Assembly: GCA_965215335.1 (NCBI GenBank)
Contig: CBDCDA010000001.1
Span: forward strand, 1,504,001 to 1,568,000
Origin: an uncultured Candidatus Entotheonella sp.
GTDB lineage: Bacteria; Tectomicrobia; Entotheonellia; Entotheonellales; Entotheonellaceae
Length of the DNA stretch: 64,000 bases
Direction of reading: 5' to 3'
Positions within the stretch are counted from its first letter, which is position 1. Every line of letters begins with the position of its first letter. Made by a program: the position numbers and the translations under genes. A model generated the notes under the pieces. That model was not told where the DNA came from and did no database searches. It was given only the letters and a program-made list of their open reading frames with translations. Below are positions 29,622 to 41,093 of the stretch, one piece after another.

Positions 29622-30593
29622 CTACACGTCGCGTGTGGCGACGTAATTCGCGATGGTGTACAGCGTCTCCATAGCCGTGCAGGGCGCGAAGGATTCGATC
29701 TGTTGCTTGGCCCGACCGACGTGTTCCTGTGCCTTGGCAAGGGTGGACTTCAGAGTGTCGTACTTGTGCAGGAGGGCGATTACCCGCCTCGGGACGGCCT
29801 CGTCGTCGGACCCGTCATTCACGTAATCGGTAACGAACCGAGCCTCTTCGGGGCTGGCTTGCTGCAGCAGCGAGATGATCGGCAGGGTGATCTTGCCCTC
29901 TTTGAGGTCGTTGCGCACCGGCTTGCCGAGCTTGTTGGCGGGGGCGACAAAATCCAGCGTGTCGTCAGCCATTTGGAAGGCCATCCCCAGATGGTGCCCG
30001 AATGCCGTGATCTTGGCGCGTTGCTGCGGCGAGATGCCACCGATGATCGCCCCGATTTTGCAGCTCGCCGCAAATAGCGAGGCCGTTTTGAGCGCGATAA
30101 TGCGGTAATATTCCTCCTCGCTGATGCCCAGGTCGCACTGCTTCAGTGTTTCGATCACCTGGCCTTTGGCCATCTCGACAGTCACGTCGGACACCGTTTC
30201 CATAACCAGGTGGTCCTTGTCGGCCAGCGCCAGAGACATCGCCTTGGCGTAGAGGTAATCACCAATCAGGATGGAGATGCCGTTACCCCACAGCGAATGA
30301 ACCGTCGGATTGCCGCGCCGCAGCTCGGCGTGGTCCACGACGTCGTCGTGCAACAGGGTGGCGGTGTGGATGAACTCGATGACAGTGCTGAGGTCATACA
30401 TGCGCGGACCGGCGTAACTGCACAGACGAGCCGACAGGATGAGAAGCGCCGGTCGGATGCGTTTGCCGCCGCTGGACAAGACGTATTGCGCGGTCTCCGA
30501 GATGAAGGGAACGTCGGAATCCAGATGCCTGGCGATGGCCGTTTCAACCTGCTGCAGGTCGGCTTCGACAAAGCGCCGCATTTCCTTGTACAT
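29622..30593 (-). CDS. Long-chain polyprenyl diphosphate synthase (IspB-like)
   Basis: GGKRIRP, LLHDDVVD, RRG, KTA, FQMADDTLD, DLKEGKITLP. Confidence 0.93.
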   Translation of the reverse strand: MYKEMRRFVEADLQQVETAIARHLDSDVPFISETAQYVLSSGGKRIRPALLILSARLCSYAGPRMYDLSTVIEFIHTATLLHDDVVDHAELRRGNPTVHSLWGNGISILIGDYLYAKAMSLALADKDHLVMETVSDVTVEMAKGQVIETLKQCDLGISEEEYYRIIALKTASLFAASCKIGAIIGGISPQQRAKITAFGHHLGMAFQMADDTLDFVAPANKLGKPVRNDLKEGKITLPIISLLQQASPEEARFVTDYVNDGSDDEAVPRRVIALLHKYDTLKSTLAKAQEHVGRAKQQIESFAPCTAMETLYTIANYVATRDV

Positions 30594-30639
30594 GCTCCAC
30601 ACTTTTCAGACAGGGTAGGAGGGCCTCGCAGAAGGGCCA

Positions 30640-30668
30640 ACTCTAGAAGTATCTGCCCTTGGTGTCAA
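30640..30668 (-). promoter_or_regulatory. Putative sigma70 promoter of the polyprenyl synthase
   Basis: Minus strand TTGACA-N17-TAGAGT. Confidence 0.55.
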
Positions 30669-30790
30669 GCCGCCCGCCTGCCCGAGGGCTGCGGTGGATA
30701 TGCTATACTGTCGCCCTCGATCTGGTGCCAAAACAGCGCGCGGCGAATCCTGTGGCGGGCTGAAAACAACCCACTCTGGCTAGGACAGTC

Positions 30791-32323
<1,533 letters not shown>

Positions 32324-32483
32324 TCGTGTCCCGTTTCAGCTTCCTTGACCAGCTGCCCCGAGGCCCTTGGCCCGAAGAGAAACGTCCACCCGGTTCTGCT
32401 ATACTGTTATCCTGTCGCCTCGCCGCACGCCTGAGCGGTGTGCGGCATCTTCTCTATCTTTCCCTAGAAGACTTGAGGTGCCT

Positions 32484-32774
32484 ATGTTTGGCATTGGGTT
32501 GCCGGAGCTTGTTCTCATCCTGGTCTTGGCGCTGCTGGTTCTGGGACCCCAACGCCTGCCCGAGGCTGCCCGCATGCTGGGGCGCGGCTATGCCTATCTA
32601 CGGCGGGCCAGCGAGGAGTTTCAAAACACCATCAAGCAGGACATCGCGGCCATCGACCGTCAGGAAGACGCGCAGCAGAACAAGGCGGTCGCTCAAGAAA
32701 TTCGGGAACGCTTTGCCACCGTTCCGGAGGCGCGGACAACCATCAGCCTGACGGAGCAGCCCCAGGATGGTTGA
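32484..32774 (+). CDS. tatB: Tat translocase subunit TatB (TatA/B family)
   Basis: MFGIGLPELVLILVLALLVLGPQRLPE; GAGG RBS; overlaps tatC. Confidence 0.85.
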   Translation: MFGIGLPELVLILVLALLVLGPQRLPEAARMLGRGYAYLRRASEEFQNTIKQDIAAIDRQEDAQQNKAVAQEIRERFATVPEARTTISLTEQPQDG

Positions 32775-33510
32775 TACCCCGATGCCGCTGACGGCACATC
32801 TTGCGGAGTTGCGAACGCGGCTCTTCTGGAGTGTGGCCGCCCTTGCCGTTGGTTTCTTGGTCTGTTACGGCCTCTCTGGTTTCATTGTCGCGGCAGTGCA
32901 GTTCCCCTGGACGCCGGTCGGCGGAGGCCTGCATGTGCCGCTGCAGATCATTGCCCCCGCAGAAGCCTTTCTCACGTACCTCAAAGTCGCCTTCTTCGCC
33001 GGACTGTTCGTCGTTCTGCCGGTCATTCTGCATCAGCTATGGAAATTCGTGGCGCCGGGGCTCCTGGAGCACGAGCGCAAGTACACGATTCCCTTTCTGG
33101 TCGGTTCAACCACGCTGTTCTATGCGGGCGGCGCGCTGTTCTATCTCCTTTTGCCATTCGTGGTGACCTTCCTCCTCAGCTTTGCCAGCGACGACATCAC
33201 CGCGCACCTGTCGGTCGGCTACTACGTCTCCTTTTGCCTGCGGCTGATGATCGCCTTCGGCCTGGTCTTTCAACTACCCGTCGCGGTGGTATTTCTCACC
33301 CAGCTCGGCTTGGTCACCTCGCGCGGCCTGATCAGGCATTTCCGTTACGCGGTGGTTCTGGCCTTTGTCCTCGCCGCGGTCTTGACCCCGCCGGATCCGA
33401 TTTCGCAGAGCTTCATGGCGCTGCCGACGCTATTGCTCTACAGTGCCAGCATCCTGGCCGCCAAGCGCATCGAGGCGCGCCGGGCGCGCGAAGCCGACGA
33501 CGATGATTGA
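32767..33510 (+). CDS. tatC: Tat translocase subunit TatC
   Basis: HLAELRTRL, FVAPGL...E, FQLP, TPPD. Confidence 0.95.
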   Translation: MVDTPMPLTAHLAELRTRLFWSVAALAVGFLVCYGLSGFIVAAVQFPWTPVGGGLHVPLQIIAPAEAFLTYLKVAFFAGLFVVLPVILHQLWKFVAPGLLEHERKYTIPFLVGSTTLFYAGGALFYLLLPFVVTFLLSFASDDITAHLSVGYYVSFCLRLMIAFGLVFQLPVAVVFLTQLGLVTSRGLIRHFRYAVVLAFVLAAVLTPPDPISQSFMALPTLLLYSASILAAKRIEARRAREADDDD

Positions 33511-33535
33511 CGACGATGATTAGGGAGAGCCGGTC

Positions 33536-34135
33536 ATGACGGTCGCCAAGCGCGTCGAGGATCTGCTGCGCCGCACCGAGGCGCTGCTCGACGGGCATTT
33601 CGTCCTCACCTCCGGCCTGCACAGTTCGCGCTACGTCCAATGCGCCCGCATGTTGCAACATCCCAAGCATGCTGAGGCGTTGGGGGGTTGGCTGGCGGAC
33701 AGGTTCCGAGGTGAGGCGGTGGAGGTGGTCGTCTCGCCAGCCTTGGGCGGCCTGATCATCGGGCACGAAACGGCGCGGGCGCTCGGCGTGCGGGCGCTCT
33801 TCGGCGAGCGCGAAAACGGCGTGATGACTTTGCGGCGGGGGTTCGCGTTGCAACCGGCGGAGCGGGTGGTGGTCGTCGAGGACGTCACCACCACCGGCGG
33901 CTCGGTGCGTGAACTGATAACGCTGGTGCAGGCGTTTGAGGGGACCGTGGTGGGCGTCGGGGCCATTTTGGACCGCAGCGGTGGTCAAGTCGATCTGGGG
34001 ATACCGCTACACGCCTTGATCACCATGCAGGTGCCTACCTATACGCCCGAGGCGTGCCCCCTGTGCCAGCAGGGCGGTTCGCCGGTGAAATCCGGAAGCC
34101 GGCAGCACAGAACCAAGGGCCAGGGTTTCCGTTAA
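33536..34135 (+). CDS. pyrE: Orotate phosphoribosyltransferase
   Basis: GHFVLTSGLHS..YVQCA, VVEDVTTTGGS. Confidence 0.95.
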   Translation: MTVAKRVEDLLRRTEALLDGHFVLTSGLHSSRYVQCARMLQHPKHAEALGGWLADRFRGEAVEVVVSPALGGLIIGHETARALGVRALFGERENGVMTLRRGFALQPAERVVVVEDVTTTGGSVRELITLVQAFEGTVVGVGAILDRSGGQVDLGIPLHALITMQVPTYTPEACPLCQQGGSPVKSGSRQHRTKGQGFR

Positions 34136-34225
34136 CTCGCCTTTGCAAGACGACGACAGCACCCCATCCACGCAAGGGTCCGCTCCACCCCTAACGACGC
34201 GACAAAACCGTCAATCCCTTGCCGA

Positions 34226-35788
34226 ATGTCACAGATGCTGAAATCCAGCGCCGCCATGGCGGCCGCGACGGTTGCCAGCCGGGTGCTGGGGCTGCTCAGG
34301 GAGATGGTCTACGCGCATTTCCTGGGCGCCGGTCCGGTCAAGGGCGCGTTCGACCTCGCCTTCATGATTCCCAATCTCTTCCGTCGCCTGCTCGGCGAGG
34401 GGGCGCTGACCGCCGCTTTCCTGCCCCTCCTGAAGGAAAAGGAGGTGACGGAGGGCGACGGCGCCATGTGGCAGATGGCCAACGCGGTGATCTCCGGCTT
34501 TCTGGCGACCGCGCTGACGGTGATCGCTGCGGTCCTGTTCGGCGTCAGCGGCTATCTGGCGTGGGCCAATCCGCAGGGCGACGTACGGCTCATGCTGCAA
34601 CTGCTCGTCGTCATGTTCCCGTATATGGGCTGGGTGTGCCTGGCGGCGATTTTCATGGGCATGCTCAACGCTCGGGGCTTTTTCTTCATCCCCGCCCTGG
34701 GCGCGGCGCTGATGAACGTGGTGATGATCACCGCTGTGCTGGTGTTCGCCAGACGCATGACGGGCGGACTTGAACGGCAGATTTTCGCTTTGGCCTATGG
34801 CGTTCTGGTTGCCGGCGTCGCGCAGGCCGCCTACCAGCTTCCAACCCTGTACCGCACGGGCTTTCGCTACCGCTGGGTAACCCCTTGGCACCACGACTCG
34901 GTGCGAGCGGTGGCGCGCAAGATGATCCCGGGCACGGTGGGGGTGGCGGCGTTCCATCTCAACATGCTGGCGACGCAGGGCGCCGCGTTTCTGATCAATC
35001 CCGAAATCATCGCCTCGTTCAACTACGCCGTGCGCCTGATGGAGTTCCCGCAGGGCGTGGTCGGCGTGTCCCTGTTCACCTTCCTGCTGCCGACCCTGGC
35101 GGGTCTGGCGACGAAAAAGCGCTTTGACGACTTCAAGGCTACCCTGACGCAAGGGCTGGGCTATCTCATTTACATCAACGCCTTCGCGGCAGCCATGGCC
35201 TTCGTGCTGGCCGCGCCGATCGTGCGCCTTATCCTGGAGCGCGGCGCCTTTGATCCCTTGGCGACGCAGCGCACGGCCCTGCCGCTGGCCTGCCTCGCTC
35301 CCGGGTTGATCTCCTTTTCGTGCGTGGGCAGCCTGACGCGCGCCTTCTACGCCCTCGGCGAGGTCAAGGTGCCCGTGCGTCTCAGCATCCTGTGCCTGGT
35401 CCTGAACCTGGTATTCGCCCTGATCCTCATCTTTCCTTTTGAGCAAGCCGGCCTGGCGACGGCCAACACCCTCAGCGCCACGTGCCAGGTTGCGCTGCTG
35501 GTGCACAACCTGCGCCGCCACGTGAACGGCCTCGACCTGCGCCGCCTGCGTCGGGAAAGCGGCTGGATCGCTCTGGCCGCGGTCATCTCCGGCGCGGTCG
35601 CCTGGGGCGTTCTGGCGTGGTGGGAACTACGGTTTGACGCCGGTTCCACCGGCGCCCGCCTCGTCGCGGTGTTCGTGCCCATGCTGGCGGCGGGCCTGGT
35701 GTATGGAGGCGTTACGCGGTGGATGCCACTGGCGCCGGCGCGGGAAATCACCGCTATTCTGAAGGAAAGGTTGGGGCGGCGGCAGTGA
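34226..35788 (+). CDS. murJ: Lipid II flippase MurJ
   Basis: SRVLGLLRE, PNLFRRLLGEGAL.AAF, YAVRLMEFP.G, RAFYA. Confidence 0.94.
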   Translation: MSQMLKSSAAMAAATVASRVLGLLREMVYAHFLGAGPVKGAFDLAFMIPNLFRRLLGEGALTAAFLPLLKEKEVTEGDGAMWQMANAVISGFLATALTVIAAVLFGVSGYLAWANPQGDVRLMLQLLVVMFPYMGWVCLAAIFMGMLNARGFFFIPALGAALMNVVMITAVLVFARRMTGGLERQIFALAYGVLVAGVAQAAYQLPTLYRTGFRYRWVTPWHHDSVRAVARKMIPGTVGVAAFHLNMLATQGAAFLINPEIIASFNYAVRLMEFPQGVVGVSLFTFLLPTLAGLATKKRFDDFKATLTQGLGYLIYINAFAAAMAFVLAAPIVRLILERGAFDPLATQRTALPLACLAPGLISFSCVGSLTRAFYALGEVKVPVRLSILCLVLNLVFALILIFPFEQAGLATANTLSATCQVALLVHNLRRHVNGLDLRRLRRESGWIALAAVISGAVAWGVLAWWELRFDAGSTGARLVAVFVPMLAAGLVYGGVTRWMPLAPAREITAILKERLGRRQ

Positions 35789-35957
35789 GCCGAACCGTTG
35801 CCGCTTGGCACTCCGGATTTTAGTGCTATGATACGCGTCTTGCGCGCCATCCTGAACCCGCCGCGGCCCTTGCCACGGCATGACCAGAGGAGGCAGAAGC
35901 GTGCTTGGCAATTTCTCGGTGCTCTACGCCGGGCACGTCTTGGAAGGATTGACGCTT

Positions 35958-37385
35958 ATGCCGTTCCGAGGACTTTATCCACTACGCACAGTGTACGCGG
36001 TTTTGGTAGTAGGCCTTCTCGCCGGCTGTGGCGGCGGTGGGGAGCTGGATGTTGTGGCTCCCGGTGAGTTGAACAGCCACAATTACGCCAAGTCTGCCTA
36101 TCAAAGTCCGAACTACCACCCGCATCAAATGGCCTCGCATGCCCATATTTGGGGCGACACCGTGTATATTGGCGGGGACCTTGAGCCCGGAGAGCAACTC
36201 CGTCGTACCAAAACCGTGAAAGGGATCACATACTTCATGGGGGCATCTAGGGACGGCGTGGGAGGCGAACGCCTGCGTAATTACGAAACGGATCTGATGA
36301 CCAGAAACGGCAGTGTTTCCCCCTTCCTCTCCGGCGACGGACTCTACCCATTCCGGGTTAAGCCAAGGGTCTGGCTAGGGAGAGGATTTGAAAACCCTGA
36401 GACAGAAATAACCGCAGCAGTGCTGGAGAGCATTCAGGTTCTGAATGACGTCCTGCCGCCGGAATTCCAGATTCAATATGCGGGGGAATACTACGGTGGA
36501 TTGATTGGCGAAGGAGACATCGTGGTGGCGGCCCTGCCGCCTGCCGAGATTCAAGAAGCCTGTCCTGTAGATGCGGTAGCCTGTGCGCTCAACACTATCC
36601 CCTTTGGTGCGAGCCACACCGAATCCGCCATCCTGCTTTTCCCAGACGATTTCGACGTGCTGGAATACAGCTTCTCCCGCACGGTCGTTGTTCACGAGTT
36701 GCTGCATGCTCTCGGCATTCAGGGACATGTGGACAGCATCGAATTTCCCGACTCGGTTATGGGAACATCGGGAGACTTTTTCCCCAGTCCGGGGTTCACA
36801 ATTCAGCGGATCGACAGGGAAATTCTGCAGATCATGTACATGTCCCAACGAACCGACATTTACAACGACTGGGATGAATGGTCGGATACAAGCCTGCACC
36901 TTGTCGGGCGGTCGGAAGATGATTTCGTCCATTTTGGTGTGGTGTTGTCCAACGGGCTTCCGCAGCCCTGGGCAAGAGGAAGGTTCCCCGATTCAGACTT
37001 GGCTGACAACCGCAGACTGACGGGGCGCGTTTCCTGGGAAGGTTCGCTTCTCGGTTTTTCCGGTATCTCGCCGATTGCCGGAGATGTCGAGCTTGACGTG
37101 ATGCTGAGTCGCCTCGACACACAGCAGGACCTGAGATTCCGAGATATTTATTTCGTAAACCGATTCGACAGTGAAGGCCCCGACCGTTGGTTTCCGACCC
37201 GGAATCTCGACTATGAGGTCGGTATTATCGGGAACGGGTTTTCGCACTCGTCCGCTGAGGGACATGTTGTCGGAGCTTTCCTCGGACCTGAACACGAAGG
37301 CATGGCGGGAACCATCAAGCGGGCAGACCTTGTCGGCGCTTTCGGCGGGACACGGCCTGTGACGCCCGCGGCAGAAATCCAATAA
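35958..37385 (+). CDS. Lipoprotein with metzincin-like zinc motif and C-terminal TbpB-like beta-barrel
   Basis: Lipobox LLAG-C then GGGG; HELLHALGIQGH and DSVM; C-terminus VGAFLGP...MAG...LVGAFGGTR; lower GC. Confidence 0.7.
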   Translation: MPFRGLYPLRTVYAVLVVGLLAGCGGGGELDVVAPGELNSHNYAKSAYQSPNYHPHQMASHAHIWGDTVYIGGDLEPGEQLRRTKTVKGITYFMGASRDGVGGERLRNYETDLMTRNGSVSPFLSGDGLYPFRVKPRVWLGRGFENPETEITAAVLESIQVLNDVLPPEFQIQYAGEYYGGLIGEGDIVVAALPPAEIQEACPVDAVACALNTIPFGASHTESAILLFPDDFDVLEYSFSRTVVVHELLHALGIQGHVDSIEFPDSVMGTSGDFFPSPGFTIQRIDREILQIMYMSQRTDIYNDWDEWSDTSLHLVGRSEDDFVHFGVVLSNGLPQPWARGRFPDSDLADNRRLTGRVSWEGSLLGFSGISPIAGDVELDVMLSRLDTQQDLRFRDIYFVNRFDSEGPDRWFPTRNLDYEVGIIGNGFSHSSAEGHVVGAFLGPEHEGMAGTIKRADLVGAFGGTRPVTPAAEIQ

Positions 37386-37486
37386 GCCAAGCTTGCCAAG
37401 TGCGACGCCCTGCATGGGTCTTCCATGTGGAAAACTGTGACTGGCGTCGTGATAGATAGACCGGGGCATGAGAGCCGTCCCAACCG

Positions 37487-38719
37487 TCACACGCCGTCCG
37501 CCTTCAGAATGGCGTGCAGCAACACGTCGCAGCCGGCAGCGATGTGTGCCGGCGTCGCGTCTTCGATCTCGTTGTGGCTGATGCCGTCCTTGCAGGGGAT
37601 GAAAATCATCGCCGCCGGGCATACTTTCGCCACGTATTTGGCGTCATGACCGGCGCCGCTGATCACGTCCATGTGCGACAGTTTCAGGTTCTGGGCGGCG
37701 CGACGGACGGTGGCGATGCTGTCGGCGTCAAAGAGCGTCGGCGGCGCGTACCAGATTTCGTCGAGCGCAGCGGTCAGCCCCATGGCCGACTCGACCGCCG
37801 CCACGGCTTCCCGCAGGGCGCGCGCCATGGCTGCCAGGGCCGCATCGTCGGGATGCCGCAGATCGACCGTGAAATCCACCCGACCGGGAATGACGTTGCG
37901 CGAGCCGGGGTGCACCCGCAGGTCGCCGACCGTGCCGACGCCATACGGTGCTTGCGCCAGGGCGGCCTGCTGCACGGCGGTAACGATCTGTGCGGCGCCG
38001 CACAGCGCGTCGTGCCGCCGCGGCATGGGGGTCGTGCCGGCGTGCGATTCCATGCCCTCGATCATGCAGTCGAACCAGCGCTGCCCCTGCAGCCCCTGCA
38101 CCACGCCGATAACGCATTCGTTCGCTTCCAGCAGCGGCCCCTGCTCGATATGCGCCTCGAAGAAGGCGTGTACCGGCTGGCCGCCGCAGGGTCGCGTGCC
38201 GGCGTAGCCGATGCGGTCCAGTTCCTGGGCCACGGTGACGCCGTCGTGATCGGCGCGCGTCAGGCCGTAGTCGAGGCTGAACTCACCGCCAAACACACCC
38301 GAGGCCAGCATGGCAGGGGCAAAGCGGCAGCCCTCTTCGTTCGTCCACGCCACCACCTCCACGGGACGCCGCGTGGTGTGGTTGGCGTCGTTGAGAGCGC
38401 GGATGACCTCCAGGCCGGCGAGCACCCCGTAGGCACCGTCGAATTTGCCGCCGGTGGGCTGCGTATCGAGGTGGCTGCCGGTCATCACGGGTGCCAGGGT
38501 CGAATCGGAACCGGCGCGGCGTGCAAAGATGTTGCCCATTTGATCCACCTCGACCGTGCAGCCGGCTTCCTCTGCCCAGCGTACGAACAGGTCGCGGCCC
38601 GCGCGGTCCACGTCGCTCAGGGCCACGCGGCAGACGCCGCCACGCGGCGTTTCGCCGATGCGCGCCAGGGTCATCAGCGATTCCCACAAGCGCGCGCCGT
38701 TAATCCTCAGGTCAGCCAT
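37487..38719 (-). CDS. M20 zinc amidohydrolase (N-carbamoyl-amino acid hydrolase / beta-ureidopropionase family)
   Basis: GSHLDTQP.GG.FDG, NEEG.RF, EAHIEQGP, HAGTTPM, SGAGHDA, GISHN..E. Confidence 0.93.
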   Translation of the reverse strand: MADLRINGARLWESLMTLARIGETPRGGVCRVALSDVDRAGRDLFVRWAEEAGCTVEVDQMGNIFARRAGSDSTLAPVMTGSHLDTQPTGGKFDGAYGVLAGLEVIRALNDANHTTRRPVEVVAWTNEEGCRFAPAMLASGVFGGEFSLDYGLTRADHDGVTVAQELDRIGYAGTRPCGGQPVHAFFEAHIEQGPLLEANECVIGVVQGLQGQRWFDCMIEGMESHAGTTPMPRRHDALCGAAQIVTAVQQAALAQAPYGVGTVGDLRVHPGSRNVIPGRVDFTVDLRHPDDAALAAMARALREAVAAVESAMGLTAALDEIWYAPPTLFDADSIATVRRAAQNLKLSHMDVISGAGHDAKYVAKVCPAAMIFIPCKDGISHNEIEDATPAHIAAGCDVLLHAILKADGV

Positions 38720-38829
38720 GTCGCTCCCTTTCGTAACGGGGTTGCTGCCCCGTGTCGGTCAAAGTCGTGTTCGAATTGCAGCGCGTGTCATGCTACGGCC
38801 GCCGTCCCTGCCAAGTCCACGGCGTGCTT

Positions 38830-38899
38830 GAGGACGGATTGTCCGATCGCGTTGTGGGAAGACTGGTCTGCAGGGTGGAAATGCCCAAATCCGACCTAC
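38830..38899. repeat. GTAG-family inverted-repeat element overlapping the glutaminyl cyclase stop codon
   Basis: GAGGACGGATT ... AATCCGACCTAC terminal inverted repeat; minus strand begins GTAGGTCGGATT. Confidence 0.6.
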
Positions 38900-39735
38900 T
38901 GGGTCAGAGTGATCTCGAAGAGCTCGGGCCACCATTTTCCGGTGACGAAGAGGCGGTCGGTGCGGGGGTCGTAGGCGATGCCGTTGAGCACATCGCCGGG
39001 CTGGCGGCGGTCGCCGGGCTTCAGGAGGCCGGCGAGGTCGATCCAGCCGCTTACGTGGCCGGTGCGTGGATCAATACGGGCGATACGGTCAGTCTGCCAG
39101 ATGTTGGCGAGGATTTCCCCGCGAACGTATTCCAGTTCGTTCAGCCGAATCACCGGACCGCGGTGGTCGCGGACGGTCAGGCGAGCCGTTTCGGCAAACG
39201 TGTCGGGGTGCAGGAAATACAGGGAGGAGGTGCCGTCACTCATGATGAGGCGCTGACCATCGTGCGTCAGGCCCCAGCCTTCGGTGCGGTAGGTGAACTC
39301 CTGAACCACGCTGAAACTGGCCTTGTCGTAGACGAAGGCGCGACCAGCCTGCCAAGTGAGCTGGATGATGCGGTCGCCGAAGACCGTGATGCCCTCACCG
39401 AACAGCGCGGCCGACAGGTCGTGGCGTTGCAGAACCGCCCCGCTGCTCAGTTCCACCCGGCGCAATGACGACTCCCCGCGTTGACCGGTGCCCTCGTACA
39501 ACATCCCCCGATCGTCGAACGCCAAGCCTTGGGTGAACGCCTCGCGGTCGTGTGGGTAGGCGCGTACCACGGCATAGCCGTAGACGGGTGCTGGCGGCGG
39601 CAGGTCGGCTGGACCCTGTTCGGTCGGGGCATCCGAGCAAACGAGCAAACCCGCGCAGACGCACAGAAGCAGCAGCAGGAGCAGTCGCTCGCCGCCGATT
39701 GACCGGCGGGCCGGCGGCGCCGTGCTTCGCGCCAC
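38896..39735 (-). CDS. Glutaminyl-peptide cyclotransferase (plant/bacterial type), exported
   Basis: PHD..AFTQGL, FGEG, EGWGL, SDG, LNELE, VLNGIA, TGK.W; hydrophobic N-terminus. Confidence 0.92.
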   Translation of the reverse strand: MARSTAPPARRSIGGERLLLLLLLCVCAGLLVCSDAPTEQGPADLPPPAPVYGYAVVRAYPHDREAFTQGLAFDDRGMLYEGTGQRGESSLRRVELSSGAVLQRHDLSAALFGEGITVFGDRIIQLTWQAGRAFVYDKASFSVVQEFTYRTEGWGLTHDGQRLIMSDGTSSLYFLHPDTFAETARLTVRDHRGPVIRLNELEYVRGEILANIWQTDRIARIDPRTGHVSGWIDLAGLLKPGDRRQPGDVLNGIAYDPRTDRLFVTGKWWPELFEITLTQ

Positions 39736-39738
39736 GCC

Positions 39739-40908
39739 TCAGCCCCGCAGATCGGCGGCGCAATCGGCGATGCGTTCGAGCGCCTTCTTCAGATTGTCGA
39801 GCGAATTGGCGTACGAGAAGCGCACGTAGCCGGCGCCGTTGGGGCCGAAGTCGTCCCCCGCCAAGGCCGCCACGCCGCCCTCTTGCAGCAGGTAATCCGC
39901 CACTTCCTTCGACGTGTGACCGAGCCCGGTGATGTTCGGAAAGGCATAGAAGGCGCCACCGGGCACTGCGCAGCGTATGCCGTCGATGGCGTTCAGCCCG
40001 GCCACGAACAGGTCCCGGCGGCGCCGGAACTCCGACATCATCTCGCCCACGGCGTCCTGCGGCCCCTGCAGGGCCGCCAGGCCGGCGCGCTGCGTGAACG
40101 ACGCCGTGCAGGAATTGCAGTTGGTCATCAGGCGCGTCACGTGAGCCGCCAGCGACTCGGGCATGACGCCGTAGCCGAGTCGCCAGCCCGTCATGGCGTA
40201 GGTTTTCGAGAAACCGTCCAGGATGATCGTCAGCCCCGCCATGCCGTCGTAGGCGGAAATGCTGTGGAAGGCGCCCTCGTACAGCATCTGAGAGTAAATT
40301 TCATCGGACAGCACCGTAATGCCATGCTGCAGGGCGACATCGGCGATGGCGCGCAGGTCCGCTTCCGGCAGCATGCCGCCGGTGGGGTTGTGCGGGGAGT
40401 TGAGGATGATCAGCCGGGTACGGGGCGACACCAGACTCTTCAGCTCGTCCACGTCGAGGCTGAAGCCACGCGCCTCGCGCAGCGGCACGGGAACCGGCGT
40501 AGCGCCGACGAAGCGAATCACCGACTCGTAGATCGGAAAGCCGGGGTCGGGGTAGATCACCTCGTCGCCGCCCTGCGCCAGAGCCATGATGACGAAGAAC
40601 ATGATCGGCTTAGCGCCGGGTGTCACCACCACCTGCGACGTGTGCACGTCGATACCGCGGCTGCGGGCCACGTCGGCGGCAATCGCCGCGCGGAGTTCGG
40701 GCAGGCCGGCGGACGGTCCGTAGTGCGTATATCCGTCGTCGAGGGCCTGTTTGCCTGCCACGATGACGTGCGGCGGGGTGTCGAAATCGGGCTCGCCGAT
40801 TTCCAGGTGCACCACGTCCCGGCCTTGCGCTTCCAGAGCACGGGCCTTCACCAGCACCTCAAACGCCGTTTCCGTGCCCAAGCGGGACATACGCTCCGCC
40901 ACTCGCAT
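39739..40908 (-). CDS. Class I/II PLP aminotransferase (aspartate aminotransferase-like)
   Basis: IGEPDF, NSPHNPTG, SDEIY, GFSKTYAMTGWRLG, GAFY. Confidence 0.93.
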   Translation of the reverse strand: MRVAERMSRLGTETAFEVLVKARALEAQGRDVVHLEIGEPDFDTPPHVIVAGKQALDDGYTHYGPSAGLPELRAAIAADVARSRGIDVHTSQVVVTPGAKPIMFFVIMALAQGGDEVIYPDPGFPIYESVIRFVGATPVPVPLREARGFSLDVDELKSLVSPRTRLIILNSPHNPTGGMLPEADLRAIADVALQHGITVLSDEIYSQMLYEGAFHSISAYDGMAGLTIILDGFSKTYAMTGWRLGYGVMPESLAAHVTRLMTNCNSCTASFTQRAGLAALQGPQDAVGEMMSEFRRRRDLFVAGLNAIDGIRCAVPGGAFYAFPNITGLGHTSKEVADYLLQEGGVAALAGDDFGPNGAGYVRFSYANSLDNLKKALERIADCAADLRG

Positions 40909-41075
40909 ACTCTGCTTCCTCCAGGTCGTTGGGATGGCGCCTCGCTCATCTTGGCGCACACTCGGCACGGCGCCACGTCAAGGTGCTATGTTGTACCAGA
41001 GTCAAGGGTGGAATGGAAGCGCACCGCCATCTGTACATGGCGGCGGGCTGCCGCTATACTTGGCGGGTTCAATTA

Positions 41076-41093
41076 CCCCCCCCCCCCCCCCCC
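41076..41093. repeat. C18 homopolymer tract in a divergent intergenic region
   Basis: 18 consecutive C, 87 nt upstream of the DUF1800 start. Confidence 0.95.

Noticed and set aside
35805..35829. CIRCE-like inverted repeat TTGGCACTC-N7-TAGTGCTAT
   Set aside because: Spacer is 7 nt rather than 9, the arms have mismatches and the downstream gene is not a chaperone; more likely promoter elements (TTGGCA...TGcTATGAT)
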